Positions 20,263-28,699 of a stretch of 41,324 nt of DNA are shown here, in pieces (positions within the stretch are counted from its first letter, which is position 1; each line of letters begins with the position of its first letter). Origin of the DNA: a virus (taxonomy: Duplodnaviria; Heunggongvirae; Uroviricota; Caudoviricetes); IMG/VR virus record IMGVR_UViG_2671180439_000007, positions 1 to 41,324 of that record, one strand, 5' to 3'. A program made the position numbers and the translations under genes. The notes under the pieces were generated by a model. The model was not told where the DNA came from. It ran no database searches and was given only the letters and a program-made list of their open reading frames with translations.

Positions 20263-20761
20263 TCAGCACCTCTGTCATCCTGTCCGCCGGCACATTCAGA
20301 TCGGCGGCTATCAGCGGTGCCACGCGTGAAGGCCAGTTCAGCCAGGCATCACGCTGCTGGCGAAAGGCGTTAAACAGAACCTCCTCGGCGATGGCCAATT
20401 CAATTGTCTGGCCGCTGTCTTTTTCATACTGGAGCTTTGCCTGCAGGGCCATGTAATTTTCACGGATCCGCGCGGCCTCTTCCCTGGAAAGGGCTGCACC
20501 TTCTGTAAGCATTATCTGGCGAACGGTTTCATCAATTTCATCGTCGCTATCATTCCGGGGTGCTGGGGCTTTTTTCTTCTTCGCGTTTGATGCCCGCGGA
20601 TCTTTTCCATCACGGTTTTTCTTCAGCGCGGCATCGCTCGCCTCAACATCAATCAGGTCGCCATCCATGACGATAAACCGACCAGCCTTGATCCATCGGC
20701 CAATAGTCTTGCGATCGACGCCTGAATGTTGCGCGTACTGACTCTGGTTCATCGTGGTCAT
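20198..20761 (-). CDS. Terminase small subunit (Nu1-like)
   Basis: 187 aa with N-terminal HTH; overlaps terminase large start; directly downstream of a repeat array. Confidence 0.7.
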   Translation of the reverse strand: MTTMNQSQYAQHSGVDRKTIGRWIKAGRFIVMDGDLIDVEASDAALKKNRDGKDPRASNAKKKKAPAPRNDSDDEIDETVRQIMLTEGAALSREEAARIRENYMALQAKLQYEKDSGQTIELAIAEEVLFNAFRQQRDAWLNWPSRVAPLIAADLNVPADRMTEVLIEHVHKHISVLGEPEFNPAED

Positions 20762-20908
20762 GGGACATCACCTGGGACATTTTTGGGGTGGGACATTTAC
20801 CTGGGACATTTTTTCAATGTCCCACACGAATGTCCCACTGGAATAAATGGAATAATCCGTGCTGGCTCTGGCGTGGCTGGCGATCCCTTGGGGTGGGACA
20901 TGGGACAC
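20762..20908. repeat. Array of TGGGACAT heptamer/octamer repeats (putative cosB small-terminase binding sites)
   Basis: Four direct copies (about 20762, 20774, 20790, 20803), two inverted copies (about 20817, 20830), two more direct copies (about 20895, 20902). Confidence 0.5.
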
Positions 20909-21008
20909 AAAATAAAAGTTTGTAGCTAGGAAAACACTGCGGCGCGCAATGCCCGTGCTTTACAAAAGTCTCAGGAAGGACCCAAACCCTATGGGGTAGG
21001 TATTCAGG

Positions 21009-21707
21009 TCATTTTGCCGTTCGAATCGCTTCCTCAATCGCCCTACTCAGCGCGCCGGGCATTAAGCCGGCTGCCATTGATCGTGAGCGGTTCATGTAGT
21101 CAAGCGTAGGCGTAACAGGTAGAGCATCACCAAACCTCACCAGCAGCTTAGGAGCACGCTGTTTCCGCTTTGGTCTGCGCGTACCATTCGCTGAGCGCCG
21201 GGCTCGTTTCTTTTTCGCCTTCTTCGGTTTACGCCTCTGCCAGACAGCATCAACACCATTGACCTCACCTACGAACACATTCGGCTTCGCTTTCAACTGC
21301 GACAGCTTATTTCGCGGCATGTTGCCGTATTTGTTCAGTTTGATGTTCTTTGGATTGAGCAGCGCCTGGCTGTTCAGTTTATGTTCACCACCAAATTCAA
21401 AGGGTTCGAGATATTCAGCGGCGACATCGCGCACAAAGACTTTTGCGCGGAGGTTGTTCTTTCTGGCGCCAGCAGAGCCCACTGAGTTGACGGTGAACGG
21501 CGTCGGCGATTCCAGTTTTCGCCCCAGTGCCACCTTTTGCGCTGCGGCGATATCCCTTACTACCGATGTCATGGCTTGCGCCGTGGCGAAAGGGATTTGC
21601 TTCTGCAGCTGCTTTAGCTGCCGGGATAAATCCTTAAGCGTTGACATGGTTTCCTCCAACATTATCGAGCCACCTCTGGAAGTGGCTCTGTAATGTCGAT
21701 CAGCCAA
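21009..21707 (-). CDS. Hypothetical basic protein
   Basis: 232 aa with K/R-rich tract RRKPKKAKKKRARR; start overlaps Rha-like gene stop; start codon uncertain. Confidence 0.4.
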   Translation of the reverse strand: MADRHYRATSRGGSIMLEETMSTLKDLSRQLKQLQKQIPFATAQAMTSVVRDIAAAQKVALGRKLESPTPFTVNSVGSAGARKNNLRAKVFVRDVAAEYLEPFEFGGEHKLNSQALLNPKNIKLNKYGNMPRNKLSQLKAKPNVFVGEVNGVDAVWQRRKPKKAKKKRARRSANGTRRPKRKQRAPKLLVRFGDALPVTPTLDYMNRSRSMAAGLMPGALSRAIEEAIRTAK

Positions 21708-22218
21708 TCAGCAGTTCTGGCTGCGTCACCTGCATGATGTGCTCATGCTCGAGCTCCAGAACGCGCTTCTCTTTCTTCCGCTCGTTCATCAACCGGCTGC
21801 CGATTGTGCCTTTCAGCTTTGAGCGCGTTTCTTTGATGGCGTAGCGATGCTGCAATTCTTCACCCATCGCCATGCGCCGGTTTAGCTGCTCGGCCATCCA
21901 GTTGAAGGCATTGATGTAACACTCCTTCACTGCGGCAGCTGTTTTGCCAGTGAATCCCATCACTAGCATCATGCATCCGTCGCGGGTGATGTTATACATA
22001 GGCTGAACATCGCCATTTTTATCAATGAAATCAATGGGCGCAAAATTGCGCTGGGTGAAGTCATCGGAGCATTTCAGGTTACGTATGGCACGCAAAACGT
22101 CTTTGTGTCGCTTGCCAAAGTAATCCGCCACCTTGAGTGATGTGGTGATTATCTTGTTGTCGAGGGTCGTGACCATTTCGCGGAAGTCGAAGGCCGGAAT
22201 AACTGACGGATTATTCAT
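21700..22218 (-). CDS. Rha family phage regulatory protein
   Basis: Start set at ATG 22218 (MNNPSVIP); motif KVADYFGKRHKDVLRAIRNL characteristic of Rha/antirepressor N-terminal domains. Confidence 0.6.
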   Translation of the reverse strand: MNNPSVIPAFDFREMVTTLDNKIITTSLKVADYFGKRHKDVLRAIRNLKCSDDFTQRNFAPIDFIDKNGDVQPMYNITRDGCMMLVMGFTGKTAAAVKECYINAFNWMAEQLNRRMAMGEELQHRYAIKETRSKLKGTIGSRLMNERKKEKRVLELEHEHIMQVTQPELLIG

Positions 22219-22361
22219 AGCGTCTTTACCTTTTAGAAAGTGAGCCTGTCTCACAGAAAAGCCGCCCGAGAGAGGTCGCCACCTATAACGGCATTTCTCA
22301 GGCTCACTTACTGAAAGGCTCTCGTTAATATGCGCGTGAGATGCGCATTTACTGCGGACAT

Positions 22362-22385
22362 AAAAAAGCCCCGCATCGCAAGGCT
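22362..22385 (-). terminator. Candidate intrinsic terminator downstream of Rz
   Basis: Minus strand CCTTGCG-AT-GCGGGG hairpin (with GU pairs) followed by TTTTTT. Confidence 0.35.
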
Positions 22386-22416
22386 CATTAAATGGACTTT
22401 GTGATTTGCAAAAAAA

Positions 22417-22854
22417 TTATTTCAGGCATTGCGTCCTGATGTATTCCTGCAGGTAGTTGACCTGTGCGGTTATCTTGTCGATTCCACTTCGGAGACGGTA
22501 ATAATTGAGTTCAGCATCTGCTGTAAGTCCTGGGCTTTCTCCATCGCCCATGCCGCCGGCTCCGGTCGTTGACTTTGCACAGGTGGCGGCGACTTGCAGG
22601 CGCTTACGACCAGCAGAAACATCAGCACGGAGACTTTCGATAGTCGCGTTAGCATCAGCAAGCTCCTTTGTGTATCTGGCGTCGAGTTCTGCTACATCAC
22701 GTTGACGCTTCTGCATGTCAGCGATAGTAGATGCGGCTTTGTCGCGCTGCTCTTTGTAGGCGATGGCGTTATCACGGTAATGATTAACAGCCCATGACAG
22801 GCAGACGATGATGCAGATAACCAGAGCGGAGATAATCGCGGTTACTCTGCTCAT
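22417..22854 (-). CDS. Rz i-spanin
   Basis: 145 aa, N-terminal TM helix, coiled-coil body; overlaps endolysin gene end by 4 nt. Confidence 0.75.
   Translation of the reverse strand: MSRVTAIISALVICIIVCLSWAVNHYRDNAIAYKEQRDKAASTIADMQKRQRDVAELDARYTKELADANATIESLRADVSAGRKRLQVAATCAKSTTGAGGMGDGESPGLTADAELNYYRLRSGIDKITAQVNYLQEYIRTQCLK
22470..22661 (-). CDS. Rz1 o-spanin embedded in Rz in another frame
   Basis: Signal peptide with lipobox VSAC followed by proline-rich [11 protein letters not shown]. Confidence 0.65.
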   Translation of the reverse strand: MLMLTRLSKVSVLMFLLVVSACKSPPPVQSQRPEPAAWAMEKAQDLQQMLNSIITVSEVESTR

Positions 22855-23327
22855 ACCTCAATCTCTCTGACCGTTCCGCCAGCTTCTTTGAATTTTGCAA
22901 TCAGGTTGTCAGCCTTATGCTCGAACTGTCCATAACCAGCGCCCGGCAGTGAAGCCCAGATATTGCTGCAACGGTCGATTGCCTGACGGATGTCACCGCG
23001 ATCAATCATTAGTAAAGCGCCACGCTCCTTAATCTGCTGCAATGCAACAGCGTCCTGGCTTTTAGGAGAGAAGTCTGTCAGCCCTAACTGCTTGCGGTAA
23101 GCATCCCACCAGCGTGAAAGAAGTTGATAACGGCCTGCGGCTGTTGATTTGAGTTTCGGGTTTAGCGTGACAAGTTTTCGAGGGTGATCGGAGTAATCAG
23201 TGAAGAGTTCGCCACCGACAATAACGTCATAACCGTGGTTACGTGTCGGTTGTCGCCCGTTATCCGTTCCTTCTGACCATGCCACCATATCAAGGAAAGC
23301 TTTACGCTGGGAATTTAGTACCTGCAT
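22851..23327 (-). CDS. Endolysin, lambda R-type lytic transglycosylase
   Basis: 158 aa; near-identical in pattern to lambda R as recalled ([47 protein letters not shown]). Confidence 0.9.
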   Translation of the reverse strand: MQVLNSQRKAFLDMVAWSEGTDNGRQPTRNHGYDVIVGGELFTDYSDHPRKLVTLNPKLKSTAAGRYQLLSRWWDAYRKQLGLTDFSPKSQDAVALQQIKERGALLMIDRGDIRQAIDRCSNIWASLPGAGYGQFEHKADNLIAKFKEAGGTVREIEV

Positions 23328-23330
23328 AAA

Positions 23331-23666
23331 TTACTCCTTCGAGCTACCAAACTTGTTACCGATTACTCTCATTGCAGCCCCACGAATAGCATCGACACCG
23401 ATCAGCCCCACCCCACCACCAATGGCAACAGAAAGCGATTTAGGCCATCCGACATACTCAAGCGCGGATGCAAAGGTCAACGTCAGAGCGCCACATAGCA
23501 AAATCTCGAGCGTTTTTCGCTTCCAGCCACCACCACCGCCAAAATAGGCGATGCGCAAACCAGCCATAACAATCGACATAATCACTGCGCCCAGCGGCGT
23601 ATCTCCACGCCACCAGCTCTGAAACAACTCCAGCCAGTCCGGCCAGGTATTTGGGTTATGAGGCAT
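23331..23666 (-). CDS. Holin (class I, lambda S-like)
   Basis: Start set at internal ATG 23666 (MPHNPNTW); three hydrophobic segments, charged C-terminus; immediately upstream of endolysin. Confidence 0.6.
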   Translation of the reverse strand: MPHNPNTWPDWLELFQSWWRGDTPLGAVIMSIVMAGLRIAYFGGGGGWKRKTLEILLCGALTLTFASALEYVGWPKSLSVAIGGGVGLIGVDAIRGAAMRVIGNKFGSSKE

Positions 23667-23710
23667 TTCGTCATCTCTCACCTCGCGATATTTGCGGGTG
23701 CTGTGTTGGA

Positions 23711-23735
23711 AATAAAAAGGCCACGCAACGTGGCC
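23711..23735 (-). terminator. Strong intrinsic terminator between methyltransferase and holin
   Basis: Minus strand GGCCACG-TTG-CGTGGCC perfect 7-bp stem followed by TTTTTATTT. Confidence 0.55.
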
Positions 23736-23742
23736 ACCAGAA

Positions 23743-24795
23743 TTATTTCCCCACCAGTTCACTTACCTCTTTCACCGTCTGATTAAACCGCTCTGACTCA
23801 AGTTCAACACCTAACGCCCGACGCCCCAGCGCCATTGCCGCTTTTATTGTGGAACCGGATCCCATAAAAAAATCAGCAACCAGATCACCGGGTCGACTAC
23901 TGGCATTGATTATTTGCCTGAGCATATCCGCCGGTTTCTCACACGGATGTTTACCCGGGTAGAACTGAACGGGTTTATGCATCCAGACATCGGTATAAGG
24001 CACGGAGACTGATACGGAGAAATAGCGCCGGAGAGATTTAAACTCATCCAGCAATTCAGAATATTTGCGATTCAGTGAATCATAAGATGCCACCAGCTGG
24101 TGGTGTGGTTGTTCCAGTTGTTGTTCCTGAAACTTCTCTGCCGCTATACGGGAAAACAGTGCCTGTAACTTCCGATAGTCAGCCTCATTCGGCAACTGCC
24201 ACTGACTGGCACCAAACCAGTGGGAAACCATATTTTTCTTACCTGTGGCTTCGGCAATTTGTTTTGCCGTTATACCCAGTTCGGCACGAGCATCCCTGAA
24301 ATACGATATCAGCGGTGCCATTATGTGCTGTTTGAGTTCCCTTTCTTTTGCCGCATAGCCGTCACTTTTGCCGCGATATGGCCCCTGGTAATGTTCAGCA
24401 AACAGAACGCGCTCTGTGGCAGGAAAATATGCGCGCAGACTTTCTTTATTACACCCATTCCAACGTCCGGACGGCTTCGCCCAGATGATATGGTTAAGCA
24501 CGTTGAAACGTTCACGCATCATGATCTCAATATCAGATGCCAGGCGATGCCCACAGAACAGGTAAAGGCTTCCGGCAGGTTTCAACACCCGCCAGAACTG
24601 GGCCAGACAGTGGTCCAGCCACTTAAGGTAATCTTCGTCCCCTTTCCACTGATTGTCCCAACCGTTGGGTTTCACCTTGAAGTAAGGCGGATCGGTAACA
24701 ATCAGGTCAATGGAATCATCAGGCAGGGACTGAATAAAATGCAGGCAATCAGCGTTGATTAAATCAATACTGTTTATTTTTACAGTGTTTTTCAT
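23743..24795 (-). CDS. DNA methyltransferase, beta-class amino-MTase (N6-adenine or N4-cytosine)
   Basis: 350 aa; DPPY motif (LIVTDPPYF) precedes C-terminal SAM motif FFMGSGST. Confidence 0.8.
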   Translation of the reverse strand: MKNTVKINSIDLINADCLHFIQSLPDDSIDLIVTDPPYFKVKPNGWDNQWKGDEDYLKWLDHCLAQFWRVLKPAGSLYLFCGHRLASDIEIMMRERFNVLNHIIWAKPSGRWNGCNKESLRAYFPATERVLFAEHYQGPYRGKSDGYAAKERELKQHIMAPLISYFRDARAELGITAKQIAEATGKKNMVSHWFGASQWQLPNEADYRKLQALFSRIAAEKFQEQQLEQPHHQLVASYDSLNRKYSELLDEFKSLRRYFSVSVSVPYTDVWMHKPVQFYPGKHPCEKPADMLRQIINASSRPGDLVADFFMGSGSTIKAAMALGRRALGVELESERFNQTVKEVSELVGK

Positions 24796-24944
24796 GGATC
24801 AGTAAGCGTAACTCTGGTAGGCTCACTCTGCTTTTGCGCTAAAGCAGTGGGCCGTGGTTCGCTTGTGACCAGTAAGCATGAGCGAATGGCTGGCAGGTGC
24901 TACCAACACCCACCAGCCGCCCATTTTCACAAATTAAAAGTCCT

Positions 24945-25139
24945 TCATTGCTGAAGGCGTCTGTAACAGCCGAACTGGTAATCTGCCAGCCCCGCCATAA
25001 CCAACTGGGTCAGTATTAACTGACAGCGTTCGCGTGAAAGATATGTGTTTTGTGCAATCTCCCCGACTGTTGCTGGTTCGATGCTTAATTCATTAAAAAC
25101 AACTTTCGCCGTTTCTGTCATATCTTGCTGTTTTAGCAT
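24945..25139 (-). CDS. Small winged-helix-like DNA-binding protein
   Basis: 64 aa from ATG 25139 with AAGGA SD; segment ATVGEIAQNTYLSRERCQLILTQLVMAGL resembles an HTH; divergent from DUF262 gene. Confidence 0.4.
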   Translation of the reverse strand: MLKQQDMTETAKVVFNELSIEPATVGEIAQNTYLSRERCQLILTQLVMAGLADYQFGCYRRLQQ

Positions 25140-25261
25140 GTCTTTTTTCCTTCTAGTTAACATGACATACCAATAACTCTTGTCTAAAAAGCCAGCAAGA
25201 TAAAAAGTCAGTATTCACGACCACCAGCGTGTTTACCGTACTGCACCAGGTTTACAGGTAC

Positions 25262-25287
25262 AAAAAAACCCGCTCGACGGCGGGTTT
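25262..25287 (-). terminator. Intrinsic terminator (minus-strand orientation) upstream of DUF262 gene
   Basis: Minus strand CCCGC-CGTCGA-GCGGG stem-loop followed by TTTTTTT. Confidence 0.45.
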
Positions 25288-25332
25288 AAGTTGTGTGGCG
25301 AAGTAACCACTCTTAACACAATACAATACTTT

Positions 25333-25361
25333 TTGCGTACGCGTTATAGTTTTCTTACAAT
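25333..25361 (+). promoter_or_regulatory. Putative sigma70 promoter of the DUF262-HEPN operon with embedded GCGTACGC palindrome
   Basis: TTGCGT(-35) 17-nt spacer TACAAT(-10); AGGA SD before ATG 25388. Confidence 0.4.
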
Positions 25362-25387
25362 CAACTTTCAATTAAAGGAACGAAAAC

Positions 25388-26548
25388 ATGACTACACTCA
25401 AAGAACTCAAAGAAGAGCTTGCTCAGATACAAGATGAACACGCTAAGAACAGAAAAAAGGCTGAAATTGCAGCTTTAACCGCTTCCGCTGACAATGAAAT
25501 CAGACTCGCTCAGAGAAACATTGGATACAATGTACGTGAGTGGACCGTTGAAGTCATTATTCAAAAGTATGGTGATAATATTGAAAATGACAAAAACGAG
25601 CTTTTTATTCCAGATTATCAACGTGATTACAAGTGGGATACAAAAACAGCCTCTCGCTTTATAGAAAGTATTCTATTAGACTTTCCAATACCTTACCTTT
25701 ACATTGCTGATGTATTTAATGAAGACCCTGAATTAGATGGTAGGGTAGAAATCATTGATGGTTCACAACGGATACGCTCTATTTATTATTTTTGGAACGA
25801 CCAATTTGAGTTAAAGGATTTGAAAGAGCTTAAAAGTTTAGAAGGTTTCAAATTTTCAGATCTTTTAGCTAGCCGCCAAAGAAGATTTTTAAGAGCTTCA
25901 CTAAGATTTATTGAGTTGAAAGGTGATGTTGAGGAACAACATAGAAGAGATTTATTTGAAAGGATCAACTCAGGTGTTAAAAGATTAGAAGCGATGGAAG
26001 TGAGGCATGGCTCAGATGCTGCTACCTCAATGTTCTATAAAGATGTTGTGACCCCATGCTCAACAAACTCACTTTTTTCCCAACTAGCTCCATTATCAGA
26101 CCGGAAACGGTCGAATGGCGATCATCGTGAGTTAGTTTTGAGATTTTTTGCATATTTAAATGATTTAGAAAACTATAAGGGATTTGTCCGTCCCTTTATT
26201 GATAATTATTTAAATGAACAAGCAGCAGCTGTGACTACTCAACAAGATGTTGATAGTTTTAAACATGATTTTGAAATGATGCTTGCTTTTGTTGCTACCC
26301 ATTTCCCTATTGGCTTTAAAAAGACCGCAACAAGTAAAACCACCCCACGAGCCAGATACGAAGCCATTGCCGTGGGAACTGCACTTGCATTAAAAACTAA
26401 CCCACAACTCCAGAGTCCAGCCGTACCTGTAGGTGAATGGCTATTTGAAGAGGAATTTGAAACACTTGTTACTGCTGATAGTGCAAACAATACCAGCCAG
26501 CTAAAAAACAGAATCTTTTACGTTAAAAATAAGTTGTTAGGGATTTAA
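25388..26548 (+). CDS. DUF262 (ParB/GmrS-like) domain protein
   Basis: 386 aa; N-terminal IPDYQRDYKW and IDGSQRIRSI motifs match DUF262 hallmarks; AT-rich codon usage. Confidence 0.75.
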   Translation: MTTLKELKEELAQIQDEHAKNRKKAEIAALTASADNEIRLAQRNIGYNVREWTVEVIIQKYGDNIENDKNELFIPDYQRDYKWDTKTASRFIESILLDFPIPYLYIADVFNEDPELDGRVEIIDGSQRIRSIYYFWNDQFELKDLKELKSLEGFKFSDLLASRQRRFLRASLRFIELKGDVEEQHRRDLFERINSGVKRLEAMEVRHGSDAATSMFYKDVVTPCSTNSLFSQLAPLSDRKRSNGDHRELVLRFFAYLNDLENYKGFVRPFIDNYLNEQAAAVTTQQDVDSFKHDFEMMLAFVATHFPIGFKKTATSKTTPRARYEAIAVGTALALKTNPQLQSPAVPVGEWLFEEEFETLVTADSANNTSQLKNRIFYVKNKLLGI

Positions 26549-26550
26549 AA

Positions 26551-27240
26551 ATGAGTCTAATTGATTTACGAGATGAATATGAAGAAAGAGCAAGAGACAT
26601 TATGGAACTGCTTTCTCTTGCATCATCTATAGAGATTCATACTCAGCAGTTAGATCCGCAAGCGCATCAAGATGAAATAGAATCTAATATCCTAAGGGTA
26701 AATATTTTAAAATCATCCGTTCATATGATGCTATATAATCAAGTTGAAAATACTGCCAGAGGTTGCATCGAGTCAATTTATGATCATTTACAAGATAATG
26801 ATGTGAATTACGCATCACTCAGGGAGAAGCTTCAAGTAAATATATTACATAGAATTGTTTCAGATAATGAAACAGGGCAATCCCTTTATAAAAAGATAGG
26901 CACTGACATTTCCAAAAGAATAATTTCAGCCTCATTGAATATTCGTAAAGAATTCAATGGTAATGTTTGCAAGCCTGTATTACAAAAAATAACGCAGGCT
27001 TACGGAATAACTATCGCAAACTCACCTGAATGTAGAAATGGTATTGACTTAGACTTGCTTAAGGATATCAGAAACGAACTCGCGCATGGAAGTACTAGCT
27101 TCTCTAAAAAGGGGCAAATTGACCCCTTAGAAGAAGTTAAGTCTAGAGCAGAGAGAGTTGATCTATATCTTCGTTTATTAATAAACTCAACTGAAGATTA
27201 TATTATCTCTAACGGATATTTATCCCCTCAACATGCCTAA
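26551..27240 (+). CDS. HEPN-like nuclease-family protein (Rx4H motif)
   Basis: 229 aa; C-terminal DIRNELAHGS fits HEPN R-x4-H; starts 3 nt after DUF262 stop. Confidence 0.65.
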   Translation: MSLIDLRDEYEERARDIMELLSLASSIEIHTQQLDPQAHQDEIESNILRVNILKSSVHMMLYNQVENTARGCIESIYDHLQDNDVNYASLREKLQVNILHRIVSDNETGQSLYKKIGTDISKRIISASLNIRKEFNGNVCKPVLQKITQAYGITIANSPECRNGIDLDLLKDIRNELAHGSTSFSKKGQIDPLEEVKSRAERVDLYLRLLINSTEDYIISNGYLSPQHA

Positions 27241-28249
27241 CAAATGTTCTCCCTATTACTTGGCCAATTATAGGGGGAACAGCATTACCAATCATCGTTC
27301 CTAACTTTTGGAATGAAAAAGGCGTATTTTTTCCAATAAATTTATAATCCATAGGAAAAGATTGTAAAATAGCAGCTTCACGCAAAGTTATTGCTCTATT
27401 TTGCTCAGGATGTCCGAATCGCCCATTACCATATCCATAACATTGGGTAGTTATTGTAGGACTAGTATCGTCCCAAACCATCCGTCCATAAACACTTTTA
27501 TAGGTAGCACCTGAATGCTTTTTATGGCAATCCGCTCTAATTTCTTCAGGCCAATCATCCCACGTACCACCTGGTAAAGAGTGCAAGATTCGTTTAAGGT
27601 TAATATCCCTTAATTTAGGCGAACGATGCAATGGATCACTTTCGAGTTTCTCCCCTGCACCTATTTTTGGCAACTGACCAATAGCATCCTTTACTGTAAC
27701 TTTACGGCTTACTTTTTTTTGATCAAGGCTGATTGGCCCCAATATGGACCCAATTAGAATTAATCTACGTCTATTTTGAGGCAAGCCATACTCGGAACAT
27801 TTTACAACGTCGTACCACAGATGATACCCAAGAGTCTTTAATACACTAACAAACTCTTCAAAAACCTTATGATTTCTAAGTTGAGGAACATTTTCCATAG
27901 TCACAAGCTCTGGCATGACATCACTTACAATCCTCTGAAACTCAGATAAAAGACGCCACTTTGTATCATCTTTTCTGCTATTTGGATTACGATACTTGGA
28001 AAACGGTTGGCAAGGGGCACAGCCTGCAAGTAATCTAATATTTCCTTCCTTGAACATAGCAGACACATCGCTGGATTGCAGTTCAGTAACTGACTGGTTA
28101 ATGAACTTCGTTAAGGGATTATTGCTCTCAATAGCGAAACGGCAGGACTCATCAATATCAATGCCATGAGAAACTTCAATCCCGGCTTTTTTTAGCCCAA
28201 AAGTTAAGCCCCCTGCGCCACAAAAAATGTCTACTGCTTGAATGTTCAC
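27209..28249 (-). CDS. DNA (cytosine-5)-methyltransferase
   Basis: 346 aa, GTG start with GGAG SD; motifs FCGAGG (I), PCQPFS (IV), ENV (VI), QNRRR (VIII); 3' end overlaps HEPN gene 3' end by 32 nt. Confidence 0.9.
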   Translation of the reverse strand: MNIQAVDIFCGAGGLTFGLKKAGIEVSHGIDIDESCRFAIESNNPLTKFINQSVTELQSSDVSAMFKEGNIRLLAGCAPCQPFSKYRNPNSRKDDTKWRLLSEFQRIVSDVMPELVTMENVPQLRNHKVFEEFVSVLKTLGYHLWYDVVKCSEYGLPQNRRRLILIGSILGPISLDQKKVSRKVTVKDAIGQLPKIGAGEKLESDPLHRSPKLRDINLKRILHSLPGGTWDDWPEEIRADCHKKHSGATYKSVYGRMVWDDTSPTITTQCYGYGNGRFGHPEQNRAITLREAAILQSFPMDYKFIGKNTPFSFQKLGTMIGNAVPPIIGQVIGRTFVRHVEGINIR

Positions 28250-28328
28250 AAGATTCTCCGTTACTTTACCCTGGTATTATATACACATAAAAGTTGGGAA
28301 AGTAGAATGATTTTACATAGCACTTAAC

Positions 28329-28682
28329 TCATTGTATTAAATAAAAAAATGACAAGCATCCATCAATAAACCCCATAGCTGTTTGCATATCTTTTCGAAC
28401 TGTTCCGTCTGAACATTTCCGCTTTTTTGCAATTGTACGGAGCGAAATGCCAACAACAAAGTGAGCAATTATCAGCTCATACTCTGCCGGCTTGTATTTA
28501 CGCAACCTAGCGACACAACCGTCTATTATGATGCCCTCATCATCATCGCACTGAATCCGGGACTTTCTGCCATGAGGTAAAAGCCACTTGAAGCCAGCAG
28601 CTACCGGTTGCCAGTCCACACCACTGTTTTCTGCAGCAGCCCATGCCCCCCAGCGGTCCAAAACTTCATACATATCACGCAT
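28329..28682 (-). CDS. Late antiterminator Q (933W/82-type small Q family)
   Basis: Start set at MRDMYEVLDRWGAWAA; pattern WGAWAA...AAGFK...KSR.QCDDD...CSDG matches recalled 933W-type Q. Confidence 0.65.
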   Translation of the reverse strand: MRDMYEVLDRWGAWAAAENSGVDWQPVAAGFKWLLPHGRKSRIQCDDDEGIIIDGCVARLRKYKPAEYELIIAHFVVGISLRTIAKKRKCSDGTVRKDMQTAMGFIDGCLSFFYLIQ

Positions 28683-28699
28683 CAACTTTCTCCACAAAA

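Noticed and set aside
20762-20908. Possible CRISPR array suggested by short repeats
   Set aside because: Repeat unit is only 7-8 bp, irregularly spaced and in both orientations, adjacent to the small terminase gene; consistent with terminase binding sites, not a CRISPR repeat-spacer structure
22255-22416. Possible small gene or tRNA between Rha-like gene and Rz
   Set aside because: Only short inverted and direct repeats (AGTGAGCCTG/CAGGCTCACT, ATGCGC x2) and a terminator-like hairpin; no cloverleaf or ORF with SD identified
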